64,000 bases of DNA from the human T2T-CHM13v2.0 reference genome, Homo sapiens, in the NCBI RefSeq assembly GCF_009914755.1, contig NC_060942.1; one strand, 5' to 3'. Under the pieces are notes generated by a model that saw nothing but the letters and a program-made list of their open reading frames with translations, searched no databases and was not told the origin of the DNA. The position numbers were made by a program, and so were the translations under genes. Below are positions 1 through 13,137 of this stretch, in pieces. How positions within the stretch are numbered: position 1 is the first letter of the stretch; every line of letters begins with the position of its first letter.

Positions 1-65
1 ATATGCTGCTCTGTCCATCCAAGTGGGAGCTGCAATTTAGTCCTGCCTCCTATCTGCCATTTTCC
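1..65 (-). mobile_element. 5' tip of an L1PB-type LINE-1 that continues left of the window
   Basis: Reverse complement reads ATGGCAGATAGGAGGCAGGACTAAATTGCAGCTCCCACTTGGATGGACAGAGCAGC, matching the L1PB 5'UTR start as I recall it. Confidence 0.7.
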
Positions 66-1650
66 TAACCTCCTGTTGTGGCTAATTTATTCTTGATTCC
101 ATTGCACAAGTCCTTGGATGTCTGAGGAGAGAGGCTAACTGACATATACTGGTAAAGGCATCTTCTCCACTTGGTTATTTGAACCTCTTTTGCAAATGAT
201 GATTTATTGGGGGCATTAAATTCAACATCAAAATTCTCACACTTTGTATCCACTACCCTAAGTCTAACATTTGCCTCTTTCCAAGATATTCTTGTACTAG
301 CTTTCCAATGTTGTAACCTAAAGGCCTCTGAGCAGGTAGGCAAGTCATCTGCCACCTCACATAGTACACGTATCATCTTCCCATTCTACCCAAAGTGTAC
401 CTCACATAGTACACGGATCATTTCACATTCTACCCAAAGTGAATGGCAAGTTTCTTCACCCAAATCTCTGCCATTGAGAGGACTTCTAATCTTTTTCTTG
501 CAAAACCACTCCTGAGTGGGGCTGTCATGAAGCAGCAGTCTATTTTTGGTTTCTACCTATATTTCAAGCTGATTCATCCATGAACCAAGGTTGAACGTCT
601 TTCTTTTCCATTAAATGGTCATAGTGAATGTCTCATAAGACCATAGGTATGAGCCCCATGGATTTGCTCAAACCTAACTTCTGATATAGCATTTCCACTT
701 TTTGATTTATTGTTACTGGACTTGCCCAATCTCATGATTTGATGCATCTAATAGTTTGGAGTATACAGTGGGCAGTTATGATCTTAGGGCCCCTTGATTT
801 TTTTTTTTGTCTTAGGAAGTATCACTAGTCACATTTTTTTCTTCCCCAGAATACAATACTGTTTTGAAGAAATTACTATCTTCACTGAAGGGACAAATTT
901 TAGATGCTTTCCATTTGACTTTTCCTACACATTAGCTTTTACTTTTCAGGTCAAGGAGACAATATGAGTTTTCTTAACTGCAATGTATGTCCCTTCTGGT
1001 TATATGGTTTTTAACTAAGAAACAACTACCAGGTGGGCTTATGGAGTTATCAAACCCATTGTGAGATAGCTCTGGGCCAATACTGCATTTATTACTGGAG
1101 ACCTATACTCTAACAGGGTACCATAAGGACTTCTGTGGATAGCTGGTTCTCGGCATTAACTTCATATCCTATATACAACTGTCTTGGAAATAATCTAGTT
1201 ATTCATCTTTCTCCAGGGCATGTTTATCGAAGTAAAGAGCAATAAATCCCATTTCAAAAAGTCTGTGAAGAACACTATTGTGCCTACTTTCTGTGGTGTT
1301 ACAGAATCCTTCTTTATCAAGACCTGGCCTCTTCTTCAGTTGGTGGATTCTGAGTCTGAGAATTGACTTAGGTCTGGAAACTGGCCAAATCCATTAAGTG
1401 GATAATCTCAGCTCTGTTCATCCATTGTTTATCTTTTCTCATCATGATTTGTTGAGCAATGGTTTTAATGGTTGTCCATCTTGTTCCTAGGCATACTATA
1501 TTTTCTTATCATTTTCAGTGAATAGCTCTGCCCTAGCTGCTATTCCAACCTTGCTGCCTATTATGGTAATTTTTACCACTTGGCTTATGATTATTAAGTG
1601 CTGCCAGCCACCTGGCCTCTACTATTCCCAGCTCTATCATTCCCATGAAC
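66..1650 (-). mobile_element. Decayed ERV-L (class III) internal region: gag C-terminus, protease, RNase H and start of integrase; RT core absent
   Basis: Minus-strand translation with stops and frameshifts gives QFPDLSQFSDSESTN*RRGQV (HERV-L QFPDLSQFTDPEPLE*RGGRV), VINAVLAQ, GKVKWK, WFMDESA...KSSQW and NNQVEKMPLPVYVS*PLS...VQW (HERV-L NNQVDRMTRSVDTTQPLS...AQW). Confidence 0.85.
354..442 (+). repeat. Tandem duplication of about 45 bp, 2 copies
   Basis: ACCTCACATAGTACACGTATCATCTTCCCATTCTACCCAAAGTG followed by ACCTCACATAGTACACGGATCATTTCACATTCTACCCAAAGTG. Confidence 0.9.
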
Positions 1651-1762
1651 ATAAGTTCAAGATATTTTCTAATTCTCCTTGTGATTTATTTCTTTGACTC
1701 CTGGGATCCCACTTTGGTAAAAACATCTACTAGCTGCTGATTTTTTTTAAGACTGTGTTTTT

Positions 1763-2085
1763 GGCCAGGCATGGTGGCTCATGCCTGTAATCCCAGCACT
1801 TTGATAGGCTGAGATGGGAGATCACTTGAGCCCAGGAGTTGAAGACCAGCCTGGGCAGCAAAGTGAGACCCTGTCTCTACAAAAAATCAAAAAGTTATCT
1901 GGGGATGGTGGTGTGCACCTGTAGTCTCAGCTACAGGGGAGGCTGAGGCAGAGGATCACTTGAACCCAGGAGGCTGAGGCCATACTGAGCTGTGTTTGCA
2001 CTCCAGCACTCCAGCATGGGTGACAGAGAAAGACTCTGTCTCAAAACAAAACAAAGCAAAACAAAAAACAAACAAAACATACAAA
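1763..2085 (+). mobile_element. AluJ
   Basis: Dimeric Alu with J-type GATCACTTGAGCCCAGGAG motif and a (CAAAA)n tail. Confidence 0.9.
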
Positions 2086-2099
2086 GTTTTTGGAGTTCT

Positions 2100-2820
2100 T
2101 TTCTTAGTAGTTACCAGAAATTACAGTATACACCTCAATTTATCTCAATCTATTTCAAGTAAATACTGACCTAATTCCAGAAAAATATAGCAGCTATGTT
2201 CTAAAATAGCTCAGTTTCTTCCAATCTCCCTGTAAGCTATAAACCCCTAGTACAGTACTATTCTTATTGCCCTATACAATTTTATTTTTATTATAAAAAT
2301 TAGAAAGAAAATATATTTATATACTCTTTTACTTACCTATGTTTTTACCATTTTTGTGACTCTTCATTTCTTCCTGTGAATTTAAATTGCCATCTGGTAT
2401 TTCCCTTCAGCCTGAAGGACTTCCTTTAGTGTTTCTTGTCATACAGATCTGTTAACAATGATTTCTCTCGATCTTTGTATATCTGGGAATGTTTTATTTT
2501 TGCCTTCCTTTTTTAAGAAGAGACTTTTTGGTTAGATAATTGTTTGTTGACAGCACTTTGCATATGTCCTTCCGCTGCCTTTTTGCTTCTATTGTTTCTG
2601 ATCAAAGTCAACTTTAAATAGTACCAGTGATTCCTGTGCACAATGAGTCTTGCTGCTTTCAAGATTTTCTTTTGTCTTTGTTTTACTGCACTTTGCCTAT
2701 GATGTGTTGAGGTGTTTATCTCTTTGTTTTTAGTCTATTTGGGTTTCATTATCTTGGATCTGTAGATTAATGTTTTTAATCAAATTAGGAAGCTTCAATG
2801 ATTACTTCTTTAAATGTTCT
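2100..2820 (-). mobile_element. Old L1M ORF1-region fragment; host element continues at about 6885-6950 and 7531-8880
   Basis: Antisense L1 ORF1-like text (TTCCTTTAGTGTTTCTTG...ATCTGGGAATGTTTTATTTTTGCCTTC; CTTGCTGCTTTCAAGATTTTC). Confidence 0.65.
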
Positions 2821-2824
2821 TGTT

Positions 2825-5800
2825 CAAATAAACTTTATTTTTAGAACAGTTTTAGATTTACAGAGAATTGTGAAATTAACACAGAGAGTTCCTATATACT
2901 TGATACCAAATATTTCCTATTATTAACATCTTACATTATTATTTGTTACAATTAATGATCTTATATGGAGACATTATTGACTGAAGTCCGTACATTTTTC
3001 AGATTTTCATAGTTTTTACCTAATGTTCTTTTTCTGTTTCATGATTCTTTCCAGAATATCACATTACATTTAATCACCATGTCTCCTTAGGCTCTTCCTA
3101 GCAATTACAGCTTCTTAGACTTTCCTTGTTTTCGATGATCTTGATAGCTTTCAGAGTTAATGCACAGGTATTTTGTAGAATGTTCCTGTATTGGGATTTG
3201 TCTGCTGTTTTTCTTATGATTAGACTGAGATTATGTGTTTTTGGAAAAAAGATCATTGAAATAAAGTGCCATTTTATCAAAGTATATCAACCAATATAAC
3301 TTATCACTGTTGGTGTTGACCTTGATCACATGGCTAACAAGTTTGTCAGACTTCACTGTAAAGTTATTTTTTTCCTCCTTTTCTGTATTATATTATTTAA
3401 AAGAAAGTCATTAGGTATATCCTATATTTGAAGAGAGGTAAAGTTATTCTCTACAACCTGAGGGAGGAGTATCAATAGAAATTACTTGGAATTCTGCAGG
3501 AAAAATTTGTCTATTTTACCCCAATTATTTAGGTATTCAATATTTTTTTAAATCAATATGGACTTATTTATTTTATACTTTGGGTTATAATTTGATATTA
3601 TTTTCTTGCTCAAATTTTTCCAGTTGTGGCCATCAGAAGCTTTCAGTTGTTCCTGTGTCCCTTTGATAATATTCCACCATTGTGGTTTTGTTTATATTTA
3701 TTTTCTTCTTGTTGTTGCTCTTATTTGGTAAGAACATTCTCTTATTTTCTGGCACTGCAATTGCTCCAAGTTCATCTTACATATGTCCTGCCCCAGTCCT
3801 AGAATCAGCCATTTCTCTGAGAAGCTCTGGTTCCCCTTTTTTGGAGAATGCTATCCGAAACCAATGTCTGGACATTAAGAGTGCTGGTTGCTATTTTGGT
3901 GTCATTGTTTTTAGGCCCTCTCAGCTAACAGAGAAAGGAAATATATATGGGTATACTGTCCCATGAGTATACATATATACCTGGAAATATTTCCATATGT
4001 AACCATCTGTATCTATATTAAAATAATCACGGGTCCATGCTGATGTCTCCAATTCTAATTCATTACCACATGGATCATTCTAGCCTCTTCCATGTGCTGA
4101 TTTGTAAACTCTGATTATAATATTAGGAAACCTAGCTCCCACCATCCACAATTCATTTGCTTAATTGTCCAATTCTAGCATGTATGTATCAGAATCATTA
4201 GTTCATACGTCCATTAGGTATGTGTTGTTTTTCAAGTATAGTGCTTATGAACAGCCATATTTTTTAAAATTAATATTGTGTATATTTAAAGGATACACCA
4301 TGAGGTTATGGGATATACAGAGATAGAAAAAAAGTATCTAACTATAGTATTTAACTATAGTGAAGCAAATTAATAAATTCATCATCTCATATGTTTACTA
4401 TCTTTTTTTTTCTTGGTAAGGTAACTAAAATCTATTCATTTGTCATGAATCCCAAATACAGTATGATTTTATCACCTATAGTCCTCATGATATATATTAG
4501 TTCTCTAGACTTTTTGCCTATTGTTTGACAGACTACTCTAATTTCCAGAGTTGCTCAGGTCAGCCTCCTTTCCCCAGCTTTATTTGAGGTTGTATTAAAT
4601 AGCATACATTTGTAATATAGTTAGATTGTAATATAGTTAGGAATCCCATTCCATCCTGGGATTCCTCTAACATCTGAATTATTTTTTAAGTTGCATACAT
4701 TAAGGTTTACTCTTAATGAATAAGGTTACTCCAAAGAGTAAGGTCTACTCCTTTGTGTAAAGTTCAGTGGGTTTTGACAAATGCATAGTACCATGTGTTA
4801 ACAGTTACCTATCATATGGAATAGTTTACCACCCTAGAAATTCCCTATGTTTCACCTATTCAACCCTTCCTCTCATCTGTCTGGACCCCTGACAAATACT
4901 GATCTTTTCACTGTTTCTATAGTTTTTCCTTTCCTAGAATGTCATCTAATTGAAATTATAATCTTTTTAGATTCTTTTCAAAATATTTCACTAAGCAATA
5001 TGCAATTTGTAATTCATCCATGCCTTTTCATAGCTTGGTAGCTCATTTCTTTTTATCACTGAATAATATTTCATTGTGTGAATAAACCACAGTTCTATTA
5101 TCTACACAACTTTTGGAGGACATCTTGGTTGCTTCTGGTTTTTGTCTATTACAAATAAAGTTGCTATAAACATTCACATGCAGGCTTTTGTGTGGATGTG
5201 TTCACCTCAAATTATTCTAGTGCATACGTAGGAGTAAAATTGGTGGATTGTAGGATAAGCCTATTGTTAGCCTCATAAGGACTGCCAAATTGGCTTCCAA
5301 AGTACTTGTACCATTTTGCATTCCCACCAGCAAATGGAAGAGTTTCTTTTGTTTTGCATCCTTGCCATCAACTGGTTTTATGAATTTTCAGATTTTAGCC
5401 ATTTTAATAAGTGTATAGTAACATTTTATTTTGTTTTACTCTTTTATTTTGTTTTATTGTTTTAATTTGTATTTCCCTAGTAACAAATAGTGTTGTGCTT
5501 CTTTTTCATGTGCTTATTTGTCATTTATGTATGAGATGTCTATTTGAATCTTTATTTTTTTTAACTGGGTTTTTTGTTTTGTTATTGCAGAGTTTTAAGA
5601 GTTCTTTCTATGTTTTGGATACAAATCATTTATTAGATAAGTGTTTTGTGAATATTTTATCCTAGTTTATAACTTGTCTTTTAATTCTTCTTATTCTCTT
5701 AACAGTGTCTTTCATGGAACAGAGGTTCTCAATTTTAATTAAATCCAACTTAACAATTTTTTTTCTTTCATCAATCATATTTTTGATGTTGAATCTGAAA

Positions 5801-6295
5801 ACTCATTGCCAAACCAAGGTCTCCTAGATTTTCTGTCATGTTTTCTTCTGTAAGTTTTATAGTTTCATGTTTTACATTTAGGTCTAAGATTCACTCGTTC
5901 TCATTAATTTTTTTGAAAGATGTAAGTTTTTTTTTGAAAGATGTATGATTTTTTTTTTTTCATGTGGATGTCTACTTGTTTCAGGACTATTTGTTGAAAG
6001 ACTGTCTTTTCTTCATTGAATTTCTCTTGTTCCTTTGTCAAAGATTAATCGACAATATGTGTGGGGGTCTATTTCTGAGCTCTCTATTCTATTTCATCCA
6101 TGTATGTGTCTATTCTTTTTTGAACACCTTGTTATCTTGATTACTGTAGCTTTATAGTAAGCCTTGAAGTTGAGTAGTGTGAGTTCTCTAATTATCTTCT
6201 TTTTTAGTACTGTGCTGGTGATTCTAGGTCTTGTGCTTCTCCTTATGTACTTTAGAATCAGTTTGTTGATATCTAGAAAATAACTTACGGAGATT
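2825..6295 (-). mobile_element. L1MC-type 3'UTR plus ORF2 3' end
   Basis: Starts with AAACTTTATTTTTAGAACAGTTTTAGATTTACAGAG (L1MC 3' end, antisense); typical antisense ORF2 text at 5000-6290 such as CCATTTTGCATTCCCACCAGCAA. Confidence 0.75.
4260..4512 (-). mobile_element. L1MA8-10-type 3' end nested in the L1MC
   Basis: TGAAGCAAATTAATAAATTCATCATCTCA...ACCTATAGTCCTCATGATATATATTAGTTCTCTAGACTT. Confidence 0.7.
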
Positions 6296-6296
6296 T

Positions 6297-6883
6297 TCCA
6301 GCTTTAGGTGAGTCTCAAGGGCTAGACAGGCCTGTAGTTAGGGAAATAGTTTTCTCCCAGGTAGGGATAAGGCTCTGGTAGCCTTTCTCCCTTGAAAGCA
6401 TAGATCTGTGTTATGGAGAGCACTTTGGGTGTATTTCACAATAGTTACTTTTACCCTCTTCCTGCCAAAGCTACAAGAGAATTTTTGTTGCTGCTTCACT
6501 GTGAAAGTATAATCAGATTCCTAGTGGTTAAAAAAAAAAAAAAAAAAAAAAGAATGTATGTATCCCTAAGACTGCAACCCTTAGGATATTCTCACTCTCA
6601 AGTTAGTTTCCTGGCTCCAGCAATTAATCAAAATTACCATTTAAATATTTCTACCAGTTCATTACTCCAGCAGCTCTTCCTCCAAGGCAGCAGGTATTGG
6701 CTGTAACTCTTTGGTTGAAGTTGTCTTGCCAGATTCGGTGTGGCAGTTTGCCTTTAGATTTCAGTTCTCTAACAGGTCTAAGAAAAGTCATCATTTTTCA
6801 GTATGTTCAACTTTTTTCTTGTTGAAAGGATGGGAGTAATGACTTCTATTATTTTTTGGTATTAGAGCTGGAAACAGAAGTTC
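6297..6883 (-). mobile_element. L1M 5'UTR-like fragment
   Basis: Resembles antisense L1MC/L1MD 5' ends and finishes at ...GAGCTGGAAACAGAAGTTC. Confidence 0.5.
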
Positions 6884-6952
6884 ACGTCAAATATATTTGT
6901 CTGCCATTTTCTTTCTTTCCTCTTTCTGGGACTCTCATTACATGTATGTTTA

Positions 6953-7530
6953 TATCATGGGAAAGGAAAAAATGCTTTCATCTGCCTTGCTAGGCTCTGC
7001 CACCAGGCCTGAGAATTTGGCCTGAAAATGAAACAGACATAAGACAAATTAACAGGAGAAAAGCATATACATTTTATGTAATGTTTTTATATGTATTTGG
7101 CAGCCTTCATAGAAAAAATAAAGATGTGAAGAAGCAGTTAGGACTGAGAGCTTATAAATCTATTTACCAAAAAAATAATAATTTTGTGAAGAAGTGATAA
7201 GACAAAGGAAAAGGGATTTAAACTTCTGTGGTGGTAAATTGTGGGAAACTGACTATGAAATATATACATGAAAATAATAGAAAATAAGAATTATTTTAGT
7301 AGGTTTTATAGATACATTTTCATGTTGACTCCCAGTGTGCAGTGAGTAGAATATTCTTCTCTGTGTTAAAGGGAAAACGACTTTCTAATGGGAAATTTTA
7401 TGACCTGCTTTTAGATAAGAGGAGGTCAGAAAGCCCCTCCTGCATTTGCTGTTTCTCAAGTGCCTTCAGTTCAAAACAATCAATACACCAAAGCGGAATA
7501 TTTTGGGGTGGCACATTCTGAATCCCTTCA
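6953..7530 (-). mobile_element. ERV1 solo LTR, MER34 group
   Basis: Reverse complement begins TGAAGGGATTCAGAATGTGCCACCCCAAAATATTCCGCTTTGG...TTGAACTGAAGGCACTTGAGAAACAGCA. Confidence 0.75.
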
Positions 7531-8880
7531 GTACGTGTATAATTTTCTGACAAGTCTCTGAGTCTCCGCTTATTTTTCTGTAACTATTTTCTTTCTAATC
7601 TTAAGGTAAATTAATTTCTATTTTTTTCGTCAAAATCATTGATGATTTTTTCTGCCATCACAAATTTGCTATTAAATCCATCTAGTAAATTTTTCATTTT
7701 TGTTATTACATTTTTCAACGTAAAGATTTCCATTTAGATATTTTTAGCTTTCTATTTCTTTACTGAGATCCCCTATTTGTTGAATCATTGTCCTCAAATC
7801 TTTTTTAATTCTATGCAATATATTCAGAATAGCTATAATGAAATTTTTGCTGCAAAATCCTACTTCTTAGTCTACTTACAGTTAGTTCTATTCAGTGGTT
7901 TTTTTTTTTTTTTCTAAATCTGGTCTATACTTTCTCTAAATATGGTTTCACACTTAGTATTTTTTGTATACTCTAATCTTTGGCTGTACACTGGACATAT
8001 GAGGTAATATAGTAATTTTGTGTTCTGATTTTACTTTTTCTTTCTTTTTTCTTTTTTGCAACTCACTTGAACTTTAACTGTGTAATTGATCTCCCCTGTA
8101 GCATATGGCCATTTGTATATATGCTAAGATTTTTTATTTTTGTTATTTAGCCTGGCTTCCTAGGGGTCATCCCAGTGTCTACATAGCTTAGTGGTCATCC
8201 AGTGATTTGGAATAGGCTATATTCAAATTCCATGCGCCCATAATTCTTCCTCCCTCTGCTGACTGGTCTTTGGGTGTGGGCACAAAGTTGTCAGTTTTCA
8301 AGTCTTCTGTGACTTTCACTTTAAACTCAAACTTTCTTGGTCTTGCCCCACACACATGTATAGCTTCCTAGTCAGCCAGGTGTTCATGAAGAGCTTCTCT
8401 CATCTCTTCTATGGCCCTCTTATTCCTAAGAGCTCTCCACTAAGTTTATGCCTGGTTTACCATTTGCCCCAACCAGTACCACAAATTTAGGCTAGTAGAC
8501 TTGTCAGTCACCCATTTATTTTCTACTGACAATGCTGCCTGTTGTAGGTTTTTGTCCTATGCCTGAAATTGAGCCCACCTGGTCTGGCATCAAAGTTATA
8601 GGTTTCCTGGCCAGCTGCACAATAGCAATGCTGTCATTATTATTGACCAAGCTGGGATGGGTGGTGAATATTGGCTCCAGACAAGATTACAGACGCTATT
8701 GTTTGTAGCTGAAGGACTACCAGTTTTTCATAAATATGTATTTCTCAAATTGTTCTTTGCATTTAGTCAATTTTTAGAGTTCCAAGATGGTTGTTTTTGA
8801 CAATTGTGTCCAGTTTTATCCTTTTCTTGTGGAGGTAAGAAGATTTGTTGGTCTCTCCACTCCTCTGTAGCTGTAAGGCT
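7531..8880 (-). mobile_element. Old L1M 5' region (ORF1 start and 5'UTR)
   Basis: TTAAATCCATCTAGTAAATTTTTCATTTTTGTTATTACATTTTTCA and related antisense L1M motifs; heavily diverged. Confidence 0.55.
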
Positions 8881-9640
8881 TCCTCCCTATTTTTCCCTTT
8901 TTTGTTTGTTTTAGTAGAAAATTATGCTTATAGATCATCATCTGGTTGCTAGGGAGAAGTCATTGCTACCAGTTTTGGTGCTTTTTAAATGTATATGATA
9001 AAATACATCGCAAATTCACCTGATAAAAAACTTCAGATTTAAATTTAGGATTACAAGGTTTTTTTTAAATGTAATCTCTTTGATCTTACATATGTATCTT
9101 TTTTTCTTATATGCCAAAACTCCTGGTTCTTAATAATATCAATGTAATTATTAATTTTGTCTAACAATATACATGCATCAGCCTCAGAATAATAGCGTCA
9201 ACATTACCACAAATATAGTTACTTAAAATGATTTGATGGTTTTTGTGGGTGTGTGTGTGTGTTTTTACACTGCACTGTATGTTTTATAATATAATGGTGA
9301 TGATCTCTTCTGCTGTAATATATTTATATATTTTCCACAGGTACGAGAGTATGTCTGCTTGTCCTGGGGAAAAAAAAATCTGTACATTCTCTCTTGCCAA
9401 ATCCGTAAACATGCTGTGCTTTATATCCATGATCAATGATACAACACATTTCAATGAAATTCAAAGCTATTTCACTGTCCAGTTCTGCTGCATGTTTTTA
9501 TTACACCATAATTCTGCTCACAACCTGATTCATTTTACATTCCAACTTTATCTCAGATGTACTAACGTGCTTTTAAAATAAGGAATATTAAAGATTTTCA
9601 AAAATAGTTGTAAAATTGAGTATTTTCTGCCATTTCACAG

Positions 9641-9784
9641 CTCCTTCCCATTTATGAGAGAGCCACATGACATCAGCCCATAGACTGTGGAGAGTATTCC
9701 AGATCTATCACATTCTGCGATTCTGCGATTCCCAGAAGGCTGGTCATGAAAAAATTCCCTCTTCAGTTTACATATATGGCAGTG
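9641..9784 (+). other. Candidate 144-nt spliced exon, non-coding or UTR
   Basis: Acceptor tattttctgccatttcacAG|C and donor GTG|GTAAGT in non-repeat sequence; stops in all three frames. Confidence 0.4.
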
Positions 9785-9944
9785 GTAAGTGGAGGCACCT
9801 AGATAGAAAATTTTACTCTGGTGAATTATATCTTGTATATTCTTCAAATTCAAAAGAATAAAAACAAACTAAATGCTAGAAAACTAATGAACAAACAAAA
9901 CCTTCCAAATACCCCTTCTCACCATTACATTTATTTGGAAAAAT

Positions 9945-10770
9945 ACATTTTTAAAGTATCATGAAATTTTTCAATCATATGCAGATGTAGAAATAATAAT
10001 AAAGTAAAACTCCATGCACTCACTACCCAGTTTCAGAAATTATACAATCATGACAAATATTGTTTCATCAATACCTCCATTCACTTACACTCATTGAGTA
10101 TTTTTTGAAGCAAGTCCCAGAAGTCAAATTATTTCCTTTGAAAACAATTTCAGAGTGTATTTCCAAAACATAATACTTTAAAAAAGAACTACAGTTGCAG
10201 TCACAAGTAAAAATAATAATTTAATATCATCAAATACCTAGCCATTATTCAAATTTCAAATTTTCTTACAAATACTATATTTTTGTAGCAATTTGTGTGA
10301 ATCAAGTCCAAAAATTTTTAATTCTTTCCATTGTTGAAGGAACCAGGTTATTTATCCTGTAGAGTTTTCTGCCATCTGGATTTTGATAATTATATTACCA
10401 TGGTGTTGCTTAACATCTTCCTATAGTCTCTGCTGTTCCTGTAAATTGAGCATTGGTGCTAGTGGTTTAATCAGATACAGGTAGGTTTATTTGTAGCAAT
10501 TCTACTTGATAAAGGTTGCTGTGCTTTTCCTTATTAAGCATTTACTGTCTGGTTGCCTCTCTTTTAGCAGGTGATGATGATCAATAACTAGATACATCAG
10601 TTCATTAAAGGTTGCAAAAGGAGGCTGTTCTAACTCTATTATTCTTACTTTATACATCTATTACATGTATATATAGGTGTATCTATGGGTATATTTCTGA
10701 AATATGTTTACCAATAGAAATTTTATAAACCATGTAACACAGTTTGTATAGGAAAGGCAGGATAAATGCA
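9945..10770 (-). mobile_element. L1MC4/5-type 3'UTR fragment
   Basis: ATCATGAAATTTTTCAATCATATGCAG...CTCCATGCACTCACTACCCAGTTTCA; TTGTATAGGAAAGGCAGGATAAATGC. Confidence 0.6.
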
Positions 10771-11189
10771 AAATGTTACATCTCACAAATGAGCCATAAG
10801 CATAAAAGCATGTGGTTCAATGCCATAGGAGAAGGTAGTATCTCCAAAAGGTTTCTATCTTCCTCAGATTCTAAAAAGCCCTTTGCAGTTTTTCACTCAA
10901 AAGTTCTAATTACATATATTCCTAATATTTAAAAAATAATGTTTATAATTGTTTTCTGTCTAAAGAGTTATGCATGCTTATTTTAGAAAATATAGATCGA
11001 TCTGAAGAAGAAGGGGAAATCTTCCCTAATTTCATTGCCTGGAGAAAACTACTGTCCAAGAGATTTCAAAGATGACTATTCCATAAGGGTCCCAGAACCT
11101 ATTAAAGAATCAAGTCAGTAAACAGTGATAATACTTGAGCTGCAGAATGAAAACACAAATGATGTTAAAAAGTACTTCAGTGGGATTTT

Positions 11190-11470
11190 TTTCTGGAATT
11201 TTATATTGTGGTAAAATACACACAACATAAAATTTGCTACAGTAACCATTCTAAACAATTCAGTAGCATTAAGTACAGAACCCATGTTGTGAAACCACCA
11301 CCAGTACTATTTAAACCCAGAACATTCTTATTTTCCCAATTGAAGATCTTGTGATAGGTCTACAATTCTATGAATATACTAAAAATAATTAAATTGTATA
11401 TTTTAAGTTGTTGAATTTAATAATATAACAATTATATCTCAATAAATCAGCTTTTTTTAAAAAAAAAAAT
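11190..11470. mobile_element. Two L1MB-type 3' ends back to back (minus about 11190-11345, plus about 11350-11470)
   Basis: TATTGTGGTAAAATACACACAACATAAAATTT (antisense), then TGAATATACTAAAAATAATTAAATTGTATA...ATTATATCTCAATAAA with A-tail (sense). Confidence 0.65.
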
Positions 11471-11529
11471 AAGGGATAGCGGAGAATAAAATAGAAAAAA
11501 GTCCCTTGCCTTCAGGGAATTTGCCTTCT

Positions 11530-11631
11530 AGTGACAGCCATTACCATTATAATTCTCTAATACATTTAGCAGAAACACAAAGTGATAGCCATTACCATTA
11601 TAATTGTCTAATACCTTTAACAAAAACACAA
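11530..11631 (+). repeat. 51-bp tandem duplication, 2 copies, 5 mismatches
   Basis: AGTGACAGCCATTACCATTATAATTCTCTAATACATTTAGCAGAAACACAA / AGTGATAGCCATTACCATTATAATTGTCTAATACCTTTAACAAAAACACAA. Confidence 0.92.
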
Positions 11632-12589
11632 CAAATGAGACAGATTGCCTGTAGAAGATAAAGACTGGATATGCTATTCTTATAGATACCCTTGGATTTC
11701 CTGAATATAACCTCAAGTTTACTGTATCTGACCCTAGTTCCCATGAACAGATGGCCAACCAAGGATGCAATGGGGCAACTAATCCTGTATTTTCCTAAAC
11801 TCCTAAGTTAAAATTTGCAAGATACCTTATAGAAAGTTTAAAACAGTATCTTACAGAGTGATGCTGAGTGGACTTTTAGATCTGGAAGTAGCCTTAAGAG
11901 ATGATTAATTTTAGCATAATTATTTTACAAGTAGGCAACTGACACCCATGTAGATGAAGGATTTAGCCACAACCAATCAAGCACGATCTGACTCTACAAA
12001 GCAGTTGTATCTGAGGGCAGTGCTGTTCTGTTCTGTTTTGTTTTATTTTCTCTGTGTGTTTTTCAGAAGCGTTATCTGCTTGACAGCTCACTGCTGTATT
12101 TGTAAAAATAGACTTTACTTTGCTATCCCAGAAAAGACGGAGGTTGGGTTAATACAGTGTATCAAATAAGCACTTTTAGTTTAGATTTTCTGATGTCAAT
12201 TAATAATGGTGAACCGCAAAGCTGCAGAAGAATGAGAGGCAGAATTAGGAATAATACTGAATTTTTCCTGTCTCATGCATGACTGTCCTGGGGTATGGTG
12301 GGTTCCCACATGAGCCTGAAGAAAAAACTTAGTGTGAAAAGTCTTCATTTTGTCCAGTTGTCTCAGAAAAATTTGTACATACAGAGAAAGTGATGTCCCT
12401 GAGAGGTGAACCTCTTCCTTTTGTTCTTAGTTGGTGGCAGAGTCAAAACAGATCTTCAGGCACCCAGTTGTGTAGACTCTTTGGTTTTGATGCTTTGATA
12501 ATTTCCAAATGACTAACACTCTCTCATGCCTCAATTAATCTAACCTAGTGAACACAAGTGAAGCTTTCCACAGCGCCCTGTTTCTGAGA

Positions 12590-12907
<318 letters not shown>

Positions 12908-13137
12908 AGGACTCTGTTTCTAAATGTGAGTACTCATTCACCTTGTGAAGTGTGGATTGTGGATGGAGAGAAAAAAGGATAAGGAGATTAGACTGAAGCT
13001 ATCAATACTTAAAGTGAGACTTTTCAAGCTCCAATGGGACCACTGGCATGACTTTCAATATGGCTTCCATATTGCTTTGGTGACAGGATGAGAAGAAGGC
13101 AATACTGAGCTTGGCCTGCTCCTCAGAGGTTGTGGGA

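Noticed and set aside
11530-11631. Direct repeats as a possible CRISPR-like array
   Set aside because: Only two contiguous copies, no spacers, and a eukaryotic context.
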